NCBI GenBank assembly: GCA_040767965.1
Contig: JAXGNR010000010.1
Coordinates: forward strand, 1 to 64,000
Direction of reading: 5' to 3'
DNA from: Atribacterota bacterium
GTDB taxonomy: Bacteria; Atribacterota; Phoenicimicrobiia; Phoenicimicrobiales; Stramentimicrobiaceae
DNA length: 64,000 nucleotides
The translations under genes and the position numbers were made by a program. This document shows, piece after piece, positions 8,650 to 17,489 of this stretch (position 1 is its first letter; the number at the start of each line of letters is the position of its first letter). Under the pieces are notes generated by a model, which saw nothing but the letters and a program-made list of their open reading frames with translations, did not search any database and was not told the origin of the DNA.

Positions 8650-9630
8650 ATGATGAGAAAAATAAAGTTTGCCCAAGCTTTAAACGAGGCGTTGCATGAA
8701 GAAATGCAAAGAGATGAAAAAATTTTTATTTATGGTCAAGATGTTGCTGTAGTTGGTGGCCTTTGGAAAGTAACAACTGGATTACTAGATAGGTTTGGAC
8801 CTGATAGGGTAAAAGATACTCCACTTTCTGAGGCTGCTATTGTAGGAACGGCAGTTGGAGCAGCCATTACAGGCACAAGACCAATTGTTGAAATAATGTT
8901 TGCAGATTTTTTATCAGTTTGTTTTGATGAAGTGTATAATAAAGCGGCAAAATGGCGTTATGCTCATGGTGGCATGTTTAAAGTACCATTGGTAATTAGA
9001 TCTTCTATGGGTGCAACCTTTGGGGGTAGCGCAGAACATGCTCAATGTAATGAAGCTTTATTTATGCATACTCCCGGAATAAAAATAGCACTTCCATCAA
9101 ATCCTTATGATGCTAAGGGGTTATTGAAAACAGCAATAAGAGATGATAATCCCGTACTCTTTTATGAACATAGAGCTTTATATAATATAAAAGGAGAAGT
9201 TCCTGAAGAAGAATATACAATACCTTTTGGGAAAGCTGCTATAAAAAAACAAGGAAATGATATTACGGTGGTAGCTACTGCTAGAATGGTAAGTAGAACC
9301 CTAAGTGTAGTGGAAGAATTGGGGAAAGAAGGAATTGACATTGAAGTTATTGATCCAAGAACCATCGTTCCTCTTGATATTGATACAATAAATAATTCTG
9401 TAAAAAAAACTGGACATTTAGTCATAGTTGAAGAAGAGAATAAAACTGGAGGTGTTGGAGCAGAAATAACTGCACAGGTACAGGAAAATGTTTTTGATTA
9501 TCTTAAAAAACCTATCTTTAGAATTTCTAGTCTGGATGTACCAATACCTTTTAATGATAGTCTGAAAAATATGGTAATTCCTAGTGTCTCAAGAATTACC
9601 GAAGGAATTAGATCTATTATAAAAAAATAA
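8650..9630 (+). CDS. TPP-dependent dehydrogenase E1 beta subunit (AcoB/PdhB-like)
   Basis: DTPLSEAAI, EIMFADF, DAKGLL and EVIDPRT. Confidence 0.92.
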   Translation: MMRKIKFAQALNEALHEEMQRDEKIFIYGQDVAVVGGLWKVTTGLLDRFGPDRVKDTPLSEAAIVGTAVGAAITGTRPIVEIMFADFLSVCFDEVYNKAAKWRYAHGGMFKVPLVIRSSMGATFGGSAEHAQCNEALFMHTPGIKIALPSNPYDAKGLLKTAIRDDNPVLFYEHRALYNIKGEVPEEEYTIPFGKAAIKKQGNDITVVATARMVSRTLSVVEELGKEGIDIEVIDPRTIVPLDIDTINNSVKKTGHLVIVEEENKTGGVGAEITAQVQENVFDYLKKPIFRISSLDVPIPFNDSLKNMVIPSVSRITEGIRSIIKK

Positions 9631-9662
9631 TCTTGTTTTTTATAATTTTAAAAGGAGGAAAC

Positions 9663-9920
9663 ATGACTGAAATATTAATGCCAAAAGGTTCGCCTGATAT
9701 GGAAACTGGAATTGTTGTCAAATGGGAAAAAGATGAAGGTGCAAAGGTTGAAAAGAATGAAGAAATTGCCAGCATAGAAACTGACAAAGCCGTTGTTGTT
9801 ATTGAAGCACCGTGTTCAGGATTTTTGCATATAATTGTAAAAGAAGAAGAGGAAGTACCAGTTGGTAATGTTATTGCAAAAATATATAATTCTGAAGATG
9901 AATATAACAATAATACATAG
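9663..9920 (+). CDS. Stand-alone lipoyl-carrier domain
   Basis: IETDKA lipoyl-Lys motif; AAAGGAGG RBS places the start at ATG 9663. Confidence 0.85.
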   Translation: MTEILMPKGSPDMETGIVVKWEKDEGAKVEKNEEIASIETDKAVVVIEAPCSGFLHIIVKEEEEVPVGNVIAKIYNSEDEYNNNT

Positions 9921-9979
9921 AGTTTGTACTTCCAAAATACGTTAGGATTACATAACATTTTACAGGAGTGTGATGTAAC

Positions 9980-10702
9980 ATGGAATCAGAATTAAAAAAG
10001 ATAAGATTAAACCCTTTAAGAAAAGCTATGATAAGAAACTTTAACTGGAGCAATCATGTTGCGGCTCAATCTACTGTGAGTATAGAGATAAACATGGCAA
10101 ATTTACTGAATGTTAAGGAAGATTTGAACCAGATATTTTTAAAAGATTTCCAGCCCAAGCTGACTTTTTTACCTCTGCTAATGTATATGATAGCTAAGAC
10201 ATTATCCAGACATCCTTATCTTAATGCAGAATTGGATTCAGAAAATAACCATATTCTATATCATTCCGATGTCAATATAGGGTTTGCAGTTGCTATCCAA
10301 AGGAGAAATATGTCTGGGATTTTACTGCCGGTAATTCAACAAGCTGACCAAAAGAATTTAAAAGAAATTGCTTTATTAGTTTCAGATTTAAGCGAAAAGG
10401 CAATCCAGGGTACTATCAAACCTGATGAAATGCAAGGTGGAACGTTTTCAGTTTCGAGTGTGGGAGGATACAAAGTAGATTTTATTCAACCGCTATTAAA
10501 TTACCCTCAGGGAGCTATTTTAGGAGTCACGCGAATTAAAGATAAGCCTGTTGTGGAAAGTGGAAAAATTTTAATAGCCCCAATTGCTAATTTTATTATC
10601 ACAGTTGATCATAGAATCATTGATGGAGTCCCCACCTATGAATTTTTAGCTGATCTCAAAGGATCAATAGAAAAGATAGAAAAAAAAGATATTTCTCTTT
10701 AA
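9980..10702 (+). CDS. Dihydrolipoamide acyltransferase (E2) catalytic domain only
   Basis: VNIGFAVA, GGTFSVS and catalytic DHRIIDG; no lipoyl or E3-binding domain. Confidence 0.88.
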   Translation: MESELKKIRLNPLRKAMIRNFNWSNHVAAQSTVSIEINMANLLNVKEDLNQIFLKDFQPKLTFLPLLMYMIAKTLSRHPYLNAELDSENNHILYHSDVNIGFAVAIQRRNMSGILLPVIQQADQKNLKEIALLVSDLSEKAIQGTIKPDEMQGGTFSVSSVGGYKVDFIQPLLNYPQGAILGVTRIKDKPVVESGKILIAPIANFIITVDHRIIDGVPTYEFLADLKGSIEKIEKKDISL

Positions 10703-10807
10703 AAAACTAAAATTTATTAGAATAAATAAAAATATCTTTCTTGTCATAATAAAAGTGTAAAAGTAATCGCTATATTAATTATTTTTAGTTTATAAACAAA
10801 AGGAAAA

Positions 10808-12064
10808 ATGGATAAAATAAAAAAAATAACCGCTAGAGAGATATTGTCTTTAATGGCATTGCCAACTATTGAGGTAAGAATTGAAACCGAAAAAGGAATA
10901 ATCGGTAAAGCTGCTGTTGATATTGGAACTTCTATAGGCAAATATGAAGCTTTGACTTTGTTTGATGGAGAAAAAAGGTTCTATGGGCAGGGTAATCTTA
11001 AGGCTGTTCAAATTATTAATGAAAAAATAGCCCCAAAACTAATTGGGCTTGAAATAGCTGAACAAAAAACCATCGATAAGATAATGATAGAATTAGATGG
11101 TACTCCTAATAAAAAGAATTTAGGAGGAAATACAATGCTAGGTGTGTCTATGGCAATAGCTAAAACTGCGGCAATTTTTTTAAACATACCTTTATACCAA
11201 TATTTATATCCCAAAAATAAAGAATTTTCAATTCCTGCCCCAGTTTTTGTTATGATTCATGGAGGAATAGGATTTGCTAATCAACTTAAGTTAGAAGATT
11301 TTTGTATAATTCCTACAGGTTTTAATTCTTTTTCAGAAGCTATTGAAAGTGGAGTAGAGATCTATTACACACTTTATGATTTGTTAAAGGAAAAATATTT
11401 GGTTGTCCCAGGTATTACATTTGTACCTCAAATGAGCAAAACAAGAGAAGCATTAGATTTTTTAATGGAAGCAATTAAATTGTGCGGTTATGAAAAAAAT
11501 TACAAATTAGGATTGGACGCTGCAGCTACAGAATTTTTTAACTCTGAAAGAGATAGTTATAGCATTGACCAGAAAGAAATAAAGAAAGAGCTATTTGCTG
11601 ATTTTTATAAAGATCTGATTAAAGAATACCCCGTTCTTTATTTAGAGGATCCGTTTGAAGAAGAGGACCTAGAAAACTATCAAAAAATATCTCACAAGAA
11701 TATCCAAATAGTAGGTGATGATTTAATTGCTTCTAATAAAAATAGGTTAGAGATGTCCTTTGATAAGAAGCTAATAAACAGTGTTCTTTTGAAGCCAAAC
11801 CAAATTGGAACAATTACTGAATTGTTAGAAGTAGCAGAATATGCTAATCAAAACAATATTGATATCATTTCATCTATTAGAAGTAAAAGTACCAATGAAT
11901 TATTTTTAGCTGATTTTTCAATTGCAGTAAATGCAACTCAAATCAAGGCTGGATGTGTAACTGGATACCCAGCAACAGGAATCTACAATAGATTTTTAGA
12001 AATAGAAAAATACAAAAAGTATCAGTATAAAGGACCTTTTTTACAAAATAAATATTTATTGTAA
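10808..12064 (+). CDS. Divergent enolase homolog with a remodelled active site
   Basis: Retains LDGTPNK..LGGN, GLD, LEDPF, VGDDL, LLKPNQIG and QIK; lacks DSRGNP, GDEGG and HRSGET. Confidence 0.85.
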   Translation: MDKIKKITAREILSLMALPTIEVRIETEKGIIGKAAVDIGTSIGKYEALTLFDGEKRFYGQGNLKAVQIINEKIAPKLIGLEIAEQKTIDKIMIELDGTPNKKNLGGNTMLGVSMAIAKTAAIFLNIPLYQYLYPKNKEFSIPAPVFVMIHGGIGFANQLKLEDFCIIPTGFNSFSEAIESGVEIYYTLYDLLKEKYLVVPGITFVPQMSKTREALDFLMEAIKLCGYEKNYKLGLDAAATEFFNSERDSYSIDQKEIKKELFADFYKDLIKEYPVLYLEDPFEEEDLENYQKISHKNIQIVGDDLIASNKNRLEMSFDKKLINSVLLKPNQIGTITELLEVAEYANQNNIDIISSIRSKSTNELFLADFSIAVNATQIKAGCVTGYPATGIYNRFLEIEKYKKYQYKGPFLQNKYLL

Positions 12065-12076
12065 GGAGAGAGTACT

Positions 12077-12898
12077 ATGAATTTACTTGAAGGGAAAGTG
12101 GCTATAATTACTGGAGGAGGAAGTGGTATTGGAAAAGGTATTGCAAAAATATTTGCCCGCGAAAACGCAAGTTTAGTGATTACTGGTATAGATCTTTTAG
12201 AAACACCCTTGAACCAAAATGAAAGTAAAAAAATTGATGGCTTTAAAAATGCTTGTAATTTAGTTGAAGAGCTTAAAAATAATGGTGTCAAAGCTATTGC
12301 CCTGGAGGCAAATATAACCTTATGGAGTGATGTCCAGAGAATAGTAAAGCAAACTATTAATACATTTGGTAGAATAGACATTCTGGTAAATAATGCAGGA
12401 ATTGCTACCCGAAATAAATTAGAAGATTTAAGTGAACAGGAATGGGATAATATAATGGGGGTAAACAGCAAGGGTGTATTTCTTTGCTGTAAGGCTGTTG
12501 TTCCGATAATGAAAAAGAATCAAGGTGGAAAAATAATAAACATTGCTTCTATATCAGGCAAAAGAGGCTTCCCTGGGCAAAGTCATTATTGTGCATCAAA
12601 ATTTGCAGTTGTTGGATTCAGCAATGCCATAGCAATGGAACTGGCTGCAGATCACATTAATGTTAATGCTATTTGCCCTGGGATTGTAGCAACAAAAATG
12701 TGGGAGTATTCAAGGAAAAAGAAAGCATTACCAGGTGAAGGTGAACTAGAAAGTTTTCAAAGAGTTGTCAGGGATGGAATTCCTCAAGGTGTAGCTCAAA
12801 CTCCTGAAGATATCGGCGAAACTGCTTTATTTTTAGCATTATCAGAACATATTACCGGCCAAGCTATTAATGTAGATGGAGGAATGGTTTTCCCATAA
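12077..12898 (+). CDS. Short-chain dehydrogenase/reductase (butanediol/polyol dehydrogenase-like)
   Basis: TGGGSGIG, NNAG, YCASKFAV and ITGQAINVDGG. Confidence 0.85.
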   Translation: MNLLEGKVAIITGGGSGIGKGIAKIFARENASLVITGIDLLETPLNQNESKKIDGFKNACNLVEELKNNGVKAIALEANITLWSDVQRIVKQTINTFGRIDILVNNAGIATRNKLEDLSEQEWDNIMGVNSKGVFLCCKAVVPIMKKNQGGKIINIASISGKRGFPGQSHYCASKFAVVGFSNAIAMELAADHINVNAICPGIVATKMWEYSRKKKALPGEGELESFQRVVRDGIPQGVAQTPEDIGETALFLALSEHITGQAINVDGGMVFP

Positions 12899-12934
12899 GA
12901 TTTATTTTTATTCTTTATAAAAAAGAAGGTTTTT

Positions 12935-13999
12935 ATGAAATACACATTTAAAATATTAACCATTAATCCAGGTTCAACTTCTACCAAGATATCAATTTAT
13001 CAAAATGATAAATGTATAGAAAATATTTCTATTTACCATGGTCAATACACTATTGAAAAACCTTTATTTCCAGATCAAATGAATTTTCGCCAAAAAGAAA
13101 TTATGGATTATTTAAAGAAGAAAAGTCATCCAATTGAAACATTTGATGCATTAGCAGTTAGGGGTGGCCGTTTAAAACCTTTAAATTCAGGGGTGTATAC
13201 TGTTAATGAAGCTATGGTAAAAGATGCTAAAATGGGTTTACAGGGTGAGCACCCTTCAAATTTAGCGGTTGTAATAGCTTGGGATATATTTAATAAATAC
13301 AAAATTCCTGCTTATACAGTTGATCCAATTAGTGTTGATGAACTAGAAGATTTTGTTAGGATAACCGGGATAAAGGAAATAAAAAGGAACTGCCTTTCTC
13401 ATGCTTTAAATATGAAAGCTGCGGCTAAAAAAGCTGCTAATGAAATTGGAAAACCATATGAAGGAGCAAACTTTATTGTAGCTCATTTAGGCGGTGGAGG
13501 TTCTGTTAGTGCTCATAAAAAAGGCAGAATGGTAGATGTCTATAATAGTGACAAAGAAGGACCTTTTGCCATAGAAAGAGCTGGCAGCTTGCCATCCTTG
13601 GATCTTATTAACTATATCAATAGAAATAAACTATCGATGTCAGATTCCGTAGATGAGATTTCTCATAGATCTGGATTGTACAGCTATTTCAAGTCTAGAG
13701 ATATGTTTGAAATTGAAGCTCAATCCAAAAAGAATAATGATTTATCTATTGTTCTAGATGCATATATTTATAATATAGCGAAATATATTTGTAGCTTGCT
13801 GCCTGTATTTGAAGGTGATCTAGACGCTGTTATACTAACAGGAGGAGTTTGTCGTTCAGATTTTATAAAAGAAAAAATAAATAAAAAGATTAGCTTTTTA
13901 GGGAAAATTATATTTTATCCGGGAGAATTTGAAAGTGAATCTCTAGCTAGCAATGTGTATTTAGCCATAAAAGGAGAAATTTTACTAAATGAATACTGA
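12935..13999 (+). CDS. buk: Butyrate kinase family acyl kinase
   Basis: INPGSTSTK, H.SNL, VDP..VDE, HALN and HLGGG. Confidence 0.88.
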   Translation: MKYTFKILTINPGSTSTKISIYQNDKCIENISIYHGQYTIEKPLFPDQMNFRQKEIMDYLKKKSHPIETFDALAVRGGRLKPLNSGVYTVNEAMVKDAKMGLQGEHPSNLAVVIAWDIFNKYKIPAYTVDPISVDELEDFVRITGIKEIKRNCLSHALNMKAAAKKAANEIGKPYEGANFIVAHLGGGGSVSAHKKGRMVDVYNSDKEGPFAIERAGSLPSLDLINYINRNKLSMSDSVDEISHRSGLYSYFKSRDMFEIEAQSKKNNDLSIVLDAYIYNIAKYICSLLPVFEGDLDAVILTGGVCRSDFIKEKINKKISFLGKIIFYPGEFESESLASNVYLAIKGEILLNEY

Positions 14000-14861
14000 T
14001 AATATAAATTTTGATTTTATAAAAAAGAAAGCTGAAGAAAAACAGAATAATATCAAAATTGTTCTGGTATGCCCAGATAAATCATTGTTGGAAGTAGCAA
14101 AACAAGCCAGAAAGAAAAATGTAGCCGAATTTACTATTGTTGATATAAAAGAAAATAAGCAATTTGAGAACATAGTTGTTAAAAGTCAAAAAGAGGCTGT
14201 GCTTAAAGCAATCGATTTTATTCTTGAAGGGAAAGCAGATACTTTAGCTAAAGGACTAATAAATACTTCAATCTTTTTAAAAGAAATAATTAACTCAAAA
14301 ATCAGTAATCAACTTTTTACACATACTTCTATCCTTGAATTAAAAGAATCAAAGAGAATATTTATTGTTTCTGATGGAACGGTCATTCCCAATCCAACCT
14401 TAGAACAAAAAGTTATTATTATCAGGAATTGTATTAGATGTGCCAAAATAATAGGGGTTAAATACCCGAAGGTTGCACTTTTAAGTGCAAATGAGTTAAT
14501 TTTAAAAGGACTGGAATCGGGATATGATTGTGCCATATTGAGCAAAATGGCAGAGAGAGGGCAAATATATAAAGATAGAATAGCTCTGGATGGGCCAATG
14601 TCACTTGATACCGCAGTTTCAAAAGAAGCAGTAAAAAAGAAGAACATTACATTTTCCTTTAAACCACCTGCTGATATTTTAATAGCACCTAATTTAGAGA
14701 ACGGGGCTTTTTTGATTAAATCAGCTGTTTATATGGGAGGAGCAAAAATTGCTGGATTATTATGGGGAACAAATTATCCAATAGTTTTAACTTCTAGAGC
14801 AGATTCAGAAGAAGCTAAATTTATTTCTATCTGTTTATGCAGTTTGTTTAGAAGGCGTTAA
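13989..14861 (+). CDS. ptb: Phosphate acyltransferase (Ptb family)
   Basis: KGLINT, PKVALLSA.E, DGPMSLD.A, ADILIAPN and PIVLTSRADS. Confidence 0.85.
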   Translation: MNTDNINFDFIKKKAEEKQNNIKIVLVCPDKSLLEVAKQARKKNVAEFTIVDIKENKQFENIVVKSQKEAVLKAIDFILEGKADTLAKGLINTSIFLKEIINSKISNQLFTHTSILELKESKRIFIVSDGTVIPNPTLEQKVIIIRNCIRCAKIIGVKYPKVALLSANELILKGLESGYDCAILSKMAERGQIYKDRIALDGPMSLDTAVSKEAVKKKNITFSFKPPADILIAPNLENGAFLIKSAVYMGGAKIAGLLWGTNYPIVLTSRADSEEAKFISICLCSLFRRR

Positions 14862-14895
14862 CCATATCTGATAAGTATTACCTCGAAGTCCTGTC

Positions 14896-14952
14896 TTGAC
14901 ATTAAAGATGTAGAATGTTATATTGTGAAATATATAATAAAATATAACATTC
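14896..14952 (+). promoter_or_regulatory. Promoter and operator of deoR-dctPQM
   Basis: TTGACA, 17 bp, TGnTATATT; perfect 12-bp inverted repeat GAATGTTATATT-N16-AATATAACATTC. Confidence 0.7.
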
Positions 14953-14961
14953 TATAAAAAC

Positions 14962-15738
14962 ATGGAGCTAAAATTGATTCCTTTCGAAAGAAGAGAAAAA
15001 ATATTAAAATTACTAAAAAAAGAAAAAATATGCAAAATAAGTGAACTTAGTAAATATTTAGATACTTCTAATATGACAGTACATAGAATACTAAATGAAT
15101 TAGAAAGAGAAGGTTTAGTTAAGAAAATTCATGGAGGAGTTCGTATAAACGAATCAACTTCAGCAAAATTAATATTTGAACTAAGAATGAATTTGAATTA
15201 TTCTCAGAAAAAAGAAATTGCAAAAAAAGCTTTAAATTTTATAGAAGAAGATGATATTATTTTTTTGGATTCTTCTACTACCTGTTTTGTTCTAGCAAAA
15301 GAACTAGCAATACAGAATATTAACAATGTAACTCTTATTACAAATTCTCCATTTATTATTTATGAACTTTCAGATTGTGCGAATTTAGACATTATTTCTA
15401 CTGGTGGACAGTTGGATATCCGAACAAAGGGATTTGTAGGGCCATTAGCAATTAATTCCCTGGAGCAGATTCATATAGATAAGGCCTTTATTTCTTCAGG
15501 AGGCATTTGTTTGGATAAGGGGATTAAAAGCTCATTTCCTTTTATAATTGAAATCAGGAAGAAAGTCATAGAGAAAGCAGATAAGGTTATTTTTATAGGT
15601 GATAGCTCAAAATTTAAAAACAACAGCTTGCTTACTGTGGCCTCATTAGATGTAATAGACTTTATTATTACAGATTCGCAATTAGATAAAGATATTTTTG
15701 ATAACTTCCAAAAAAAAGGCATAAAAATAGTGATTTGA
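14962..15738 (+). CDS. DeoR/GlpR-family transcriptional regulator
   Basis: ERREKIL, S.MTV.R.L..LE..G...K.HGG, FLDSSTT and DSSKF. Confidence 0.92.
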   Translation: MELKLIPFERREKILKLLKKEKICKISELSKYLDTSNMTVHRILNELEREGLVKKIHGGVRINESTSAKLIFELRMNLNYSQKKEIAKKALNFIEEDDIIFLDSSTTCFVLAKELAIQNINNVTLITNSPFIIYELSDCANLDIISTGGQLDIRTKGFVGPLAINSLEQIHIDKAFISSGGICLDKGIKSSFPFIIEIRKKVIEKADKVIFIGDSSKFKNNSLLTVASLDVIDFIITDSQLDKDIFDNFQKKGIKIVI

Positions 15739-15866
15739 ACTGTTAAAAAAGCAAACACTAAAATATTATTTGAAGATGGAAGGAGGTGAAGTTTTTAATA
15801 ATTTTTATATTTAATTGTATAAATCAATTATGCAATAAAGTATTTTTAATAAAGGAGAATATAAAA

Positions 15867-16862
15867 ATGAAGAAAATATTCAAAATAATGTTGCTAGGGT
15901 TGTTACTCATAATTATTATGTCAACAATGTCTGTTTTTGGAGCTCAAAAGGTAATGAAAATTGGCCATGAAATGAATCCTGAACATCCTGAACATTTGGC
16001 TTTGTTGAAATTTGAAGAATTGTTCGAAGAAAGAACCAATGGGGAGATTGATGTACAAATTTTCCCTGCTAACCAGCTAGGAAGTTTTTTTGTACAAATC
16101 CAAAATATGAAGCAAGGAGTGCAGCAAGGACATTTAAATGGTCTGGGGTGGCCAGGACATTTTATTCCAGAATATTTCTTGTTCAATACAGCTTTTGCAT
16201 TTAAAGGATTTGATGAGTATGCAAAAGCAATAAATGGCCCTGTCGGACATGAAATAAGAGAAAGGTTAATTAACGAACATGGGATAAGATTAATTTCAGT
16301 TGGTGATTGGAGAAGAGGAGCAAGAAATTTATTAAGCAAAAAACCAATACGCACAGTTGAAGAGGTTGAAGGTTTAAAAATAAGAGTACCAGAAACTCCT
16401 TCTTACATTGAATCCTGGAAAGCATTAGGTGCTTCACCTACCCCAGTGGCTTTTGGAGAGGTATATCTTGCATTACAACAAGGTGTAGTTGAAGCTATGG
16501 AATGCCCTCTTGATTTGATTTATTCTCAAAAATTTTATGAAGTTGCTGATTATATTTCAATTACTGAACATTTACCTGAATTAGTTGCTTTAGGGGTAAC
16601 CGAAAAATTCTATCAAGATTTAACAGATGAACAAAAGATTATTCTTGAAGAATGTGTTGCAGAAGCGGGAAAATATAATCGCGAAATAGTAGAAAATAGT
16701 CAAGAAGAAATAAAAGCTAATATGGCAACTGCCGGTATTGAATATATTGATGTTGACCAGGATGCTTTTTGGGAGAAGGGTAAAGTTGCTGCATATAATC
16801 TAGAAGAACAAGATATTTGGCCAAAAGGTTTTTACCAACGTATTGCAGATTCAATAGAATAA
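15867..16862 (+). CDS. dctP: TRAP transporter substrate-binding protein
   Basis: Signal peptide, FPANQLG, GLKIRVP (carboxylate-binding Arg) and EVYLALQQGVV; AAGGAG RBS at ATG 15867. Confidence 0.92.
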   Translation: MKKIFKIMLLGLLLIIIMSTMSVFGAQKVMKIGHEMNPEHPEHLALLKFEELFEERTNGEIDVQIFPANQLGSFFVQIQNMKQGVQQGHLNGLGWPGHFIPEYFLFNTAFAFKGFDEYAKAINGPVGHEIRERLINEHGIRLISVGDWRRGARNLLSKKPIRTVEEVEGLKIRVPETPSYIESWKALGASPTPVAFGEVYLALQQGVVEAMECPLDLIYSQKFYEVADYISITEHLPELVALGVTEKFYQDLTDEQKIILEECVAEAGKYNREIVENSQEEIKANMATAGIEYIDVDQDAFWEKGKVAAYNLEEQDIWPKGFYQRIADSIE

Positions 16863-16885
16863 AGATAATATGATTCAAACTTTAA

Positions 16886-16928
16886 TTTTATTAAACAAGC
16901 AGCTTAATAAGCTGCTTGTTTAATAAAA
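16886..16928 (+). terminator. Long perfect hairpin between dctP and dctQ
   Basis: TTTTATTAAACAAGCAGCTTA-A-TAAGCTGCTTGTTTAATAAAA. Confidence 0.75.
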
Positions 16929-17009
16929 ATTTTATTTCATTTAATTTAATATATAAAATTTTTAACTCTATAATAGTTTTAATAAATAAAAAGAGGAAGG
17001 TTAAAGTTT

Positions 17010-17489
17010 GTGAAATTGATTTGCCAAAAATTAAATTCAATAATTAAAATTATTGCAAAAACAATACTTGTTGTAATGGTAGTTACAATATTTTTTCAAG
17101 TGATTATGCGCTATTTTTTACAAAAACCTCTTATGTGGAGTGAAGAGTTATCGAGATATTTGTATGCTTGGTTTTGTTTTTTTGGTGTTTCAATAGCTAC
17201 TTTTGATAAATCACATCTTAAAGTTACTTTTTTTGTTGAAAAACTTCCAAAAGTTATTCAATATATATTGGAGTCATTTTCTATACTGCTTATGATTTTA
17301 TTTTTTATTATTGTAGCTTGGAGTGCAATATTACTTCCAAAAGTTCAAGGTAATATAATGGCATATAGCCTTGGTATACCATTTTGGATGCTTAGTATTT
17401 CAATGGTCCCAGGTTTTGTTGCATCTTCAATTTATACCATGACTCATTTGTATAATAATCTTATAAATTGGGGGAGATGGAACAAATGA
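17010..17489 (+). CDS. dctQ: TRAP transporter small permease
   Basis: QVIMRY...WSEELSRY..W and H motifs; four transmembrane segments. Confidence 0.9.
   Translation: MKLICQKLNSIIKIIAKTILVVMVVTIFFQVIMRYFLQKPLMWSEELSRYLYAWFCFFGVSIATFDKSHLKVTFFVEKLPKVIQYILESFSILLMILFFIIVAWSAILLPKVQGNIMAYSLGIPFWMLSISMVPGFVASSIYTMTHLYNNLINWGRWNK

Noticed and set aside
15786-15866. 27-codon N-terminal extension of DctP from GTG 15786
   Set aside because: The GTG lies within the SD-like sequence; ATG 15867 has its own RBS and begins a normal signal peptide.
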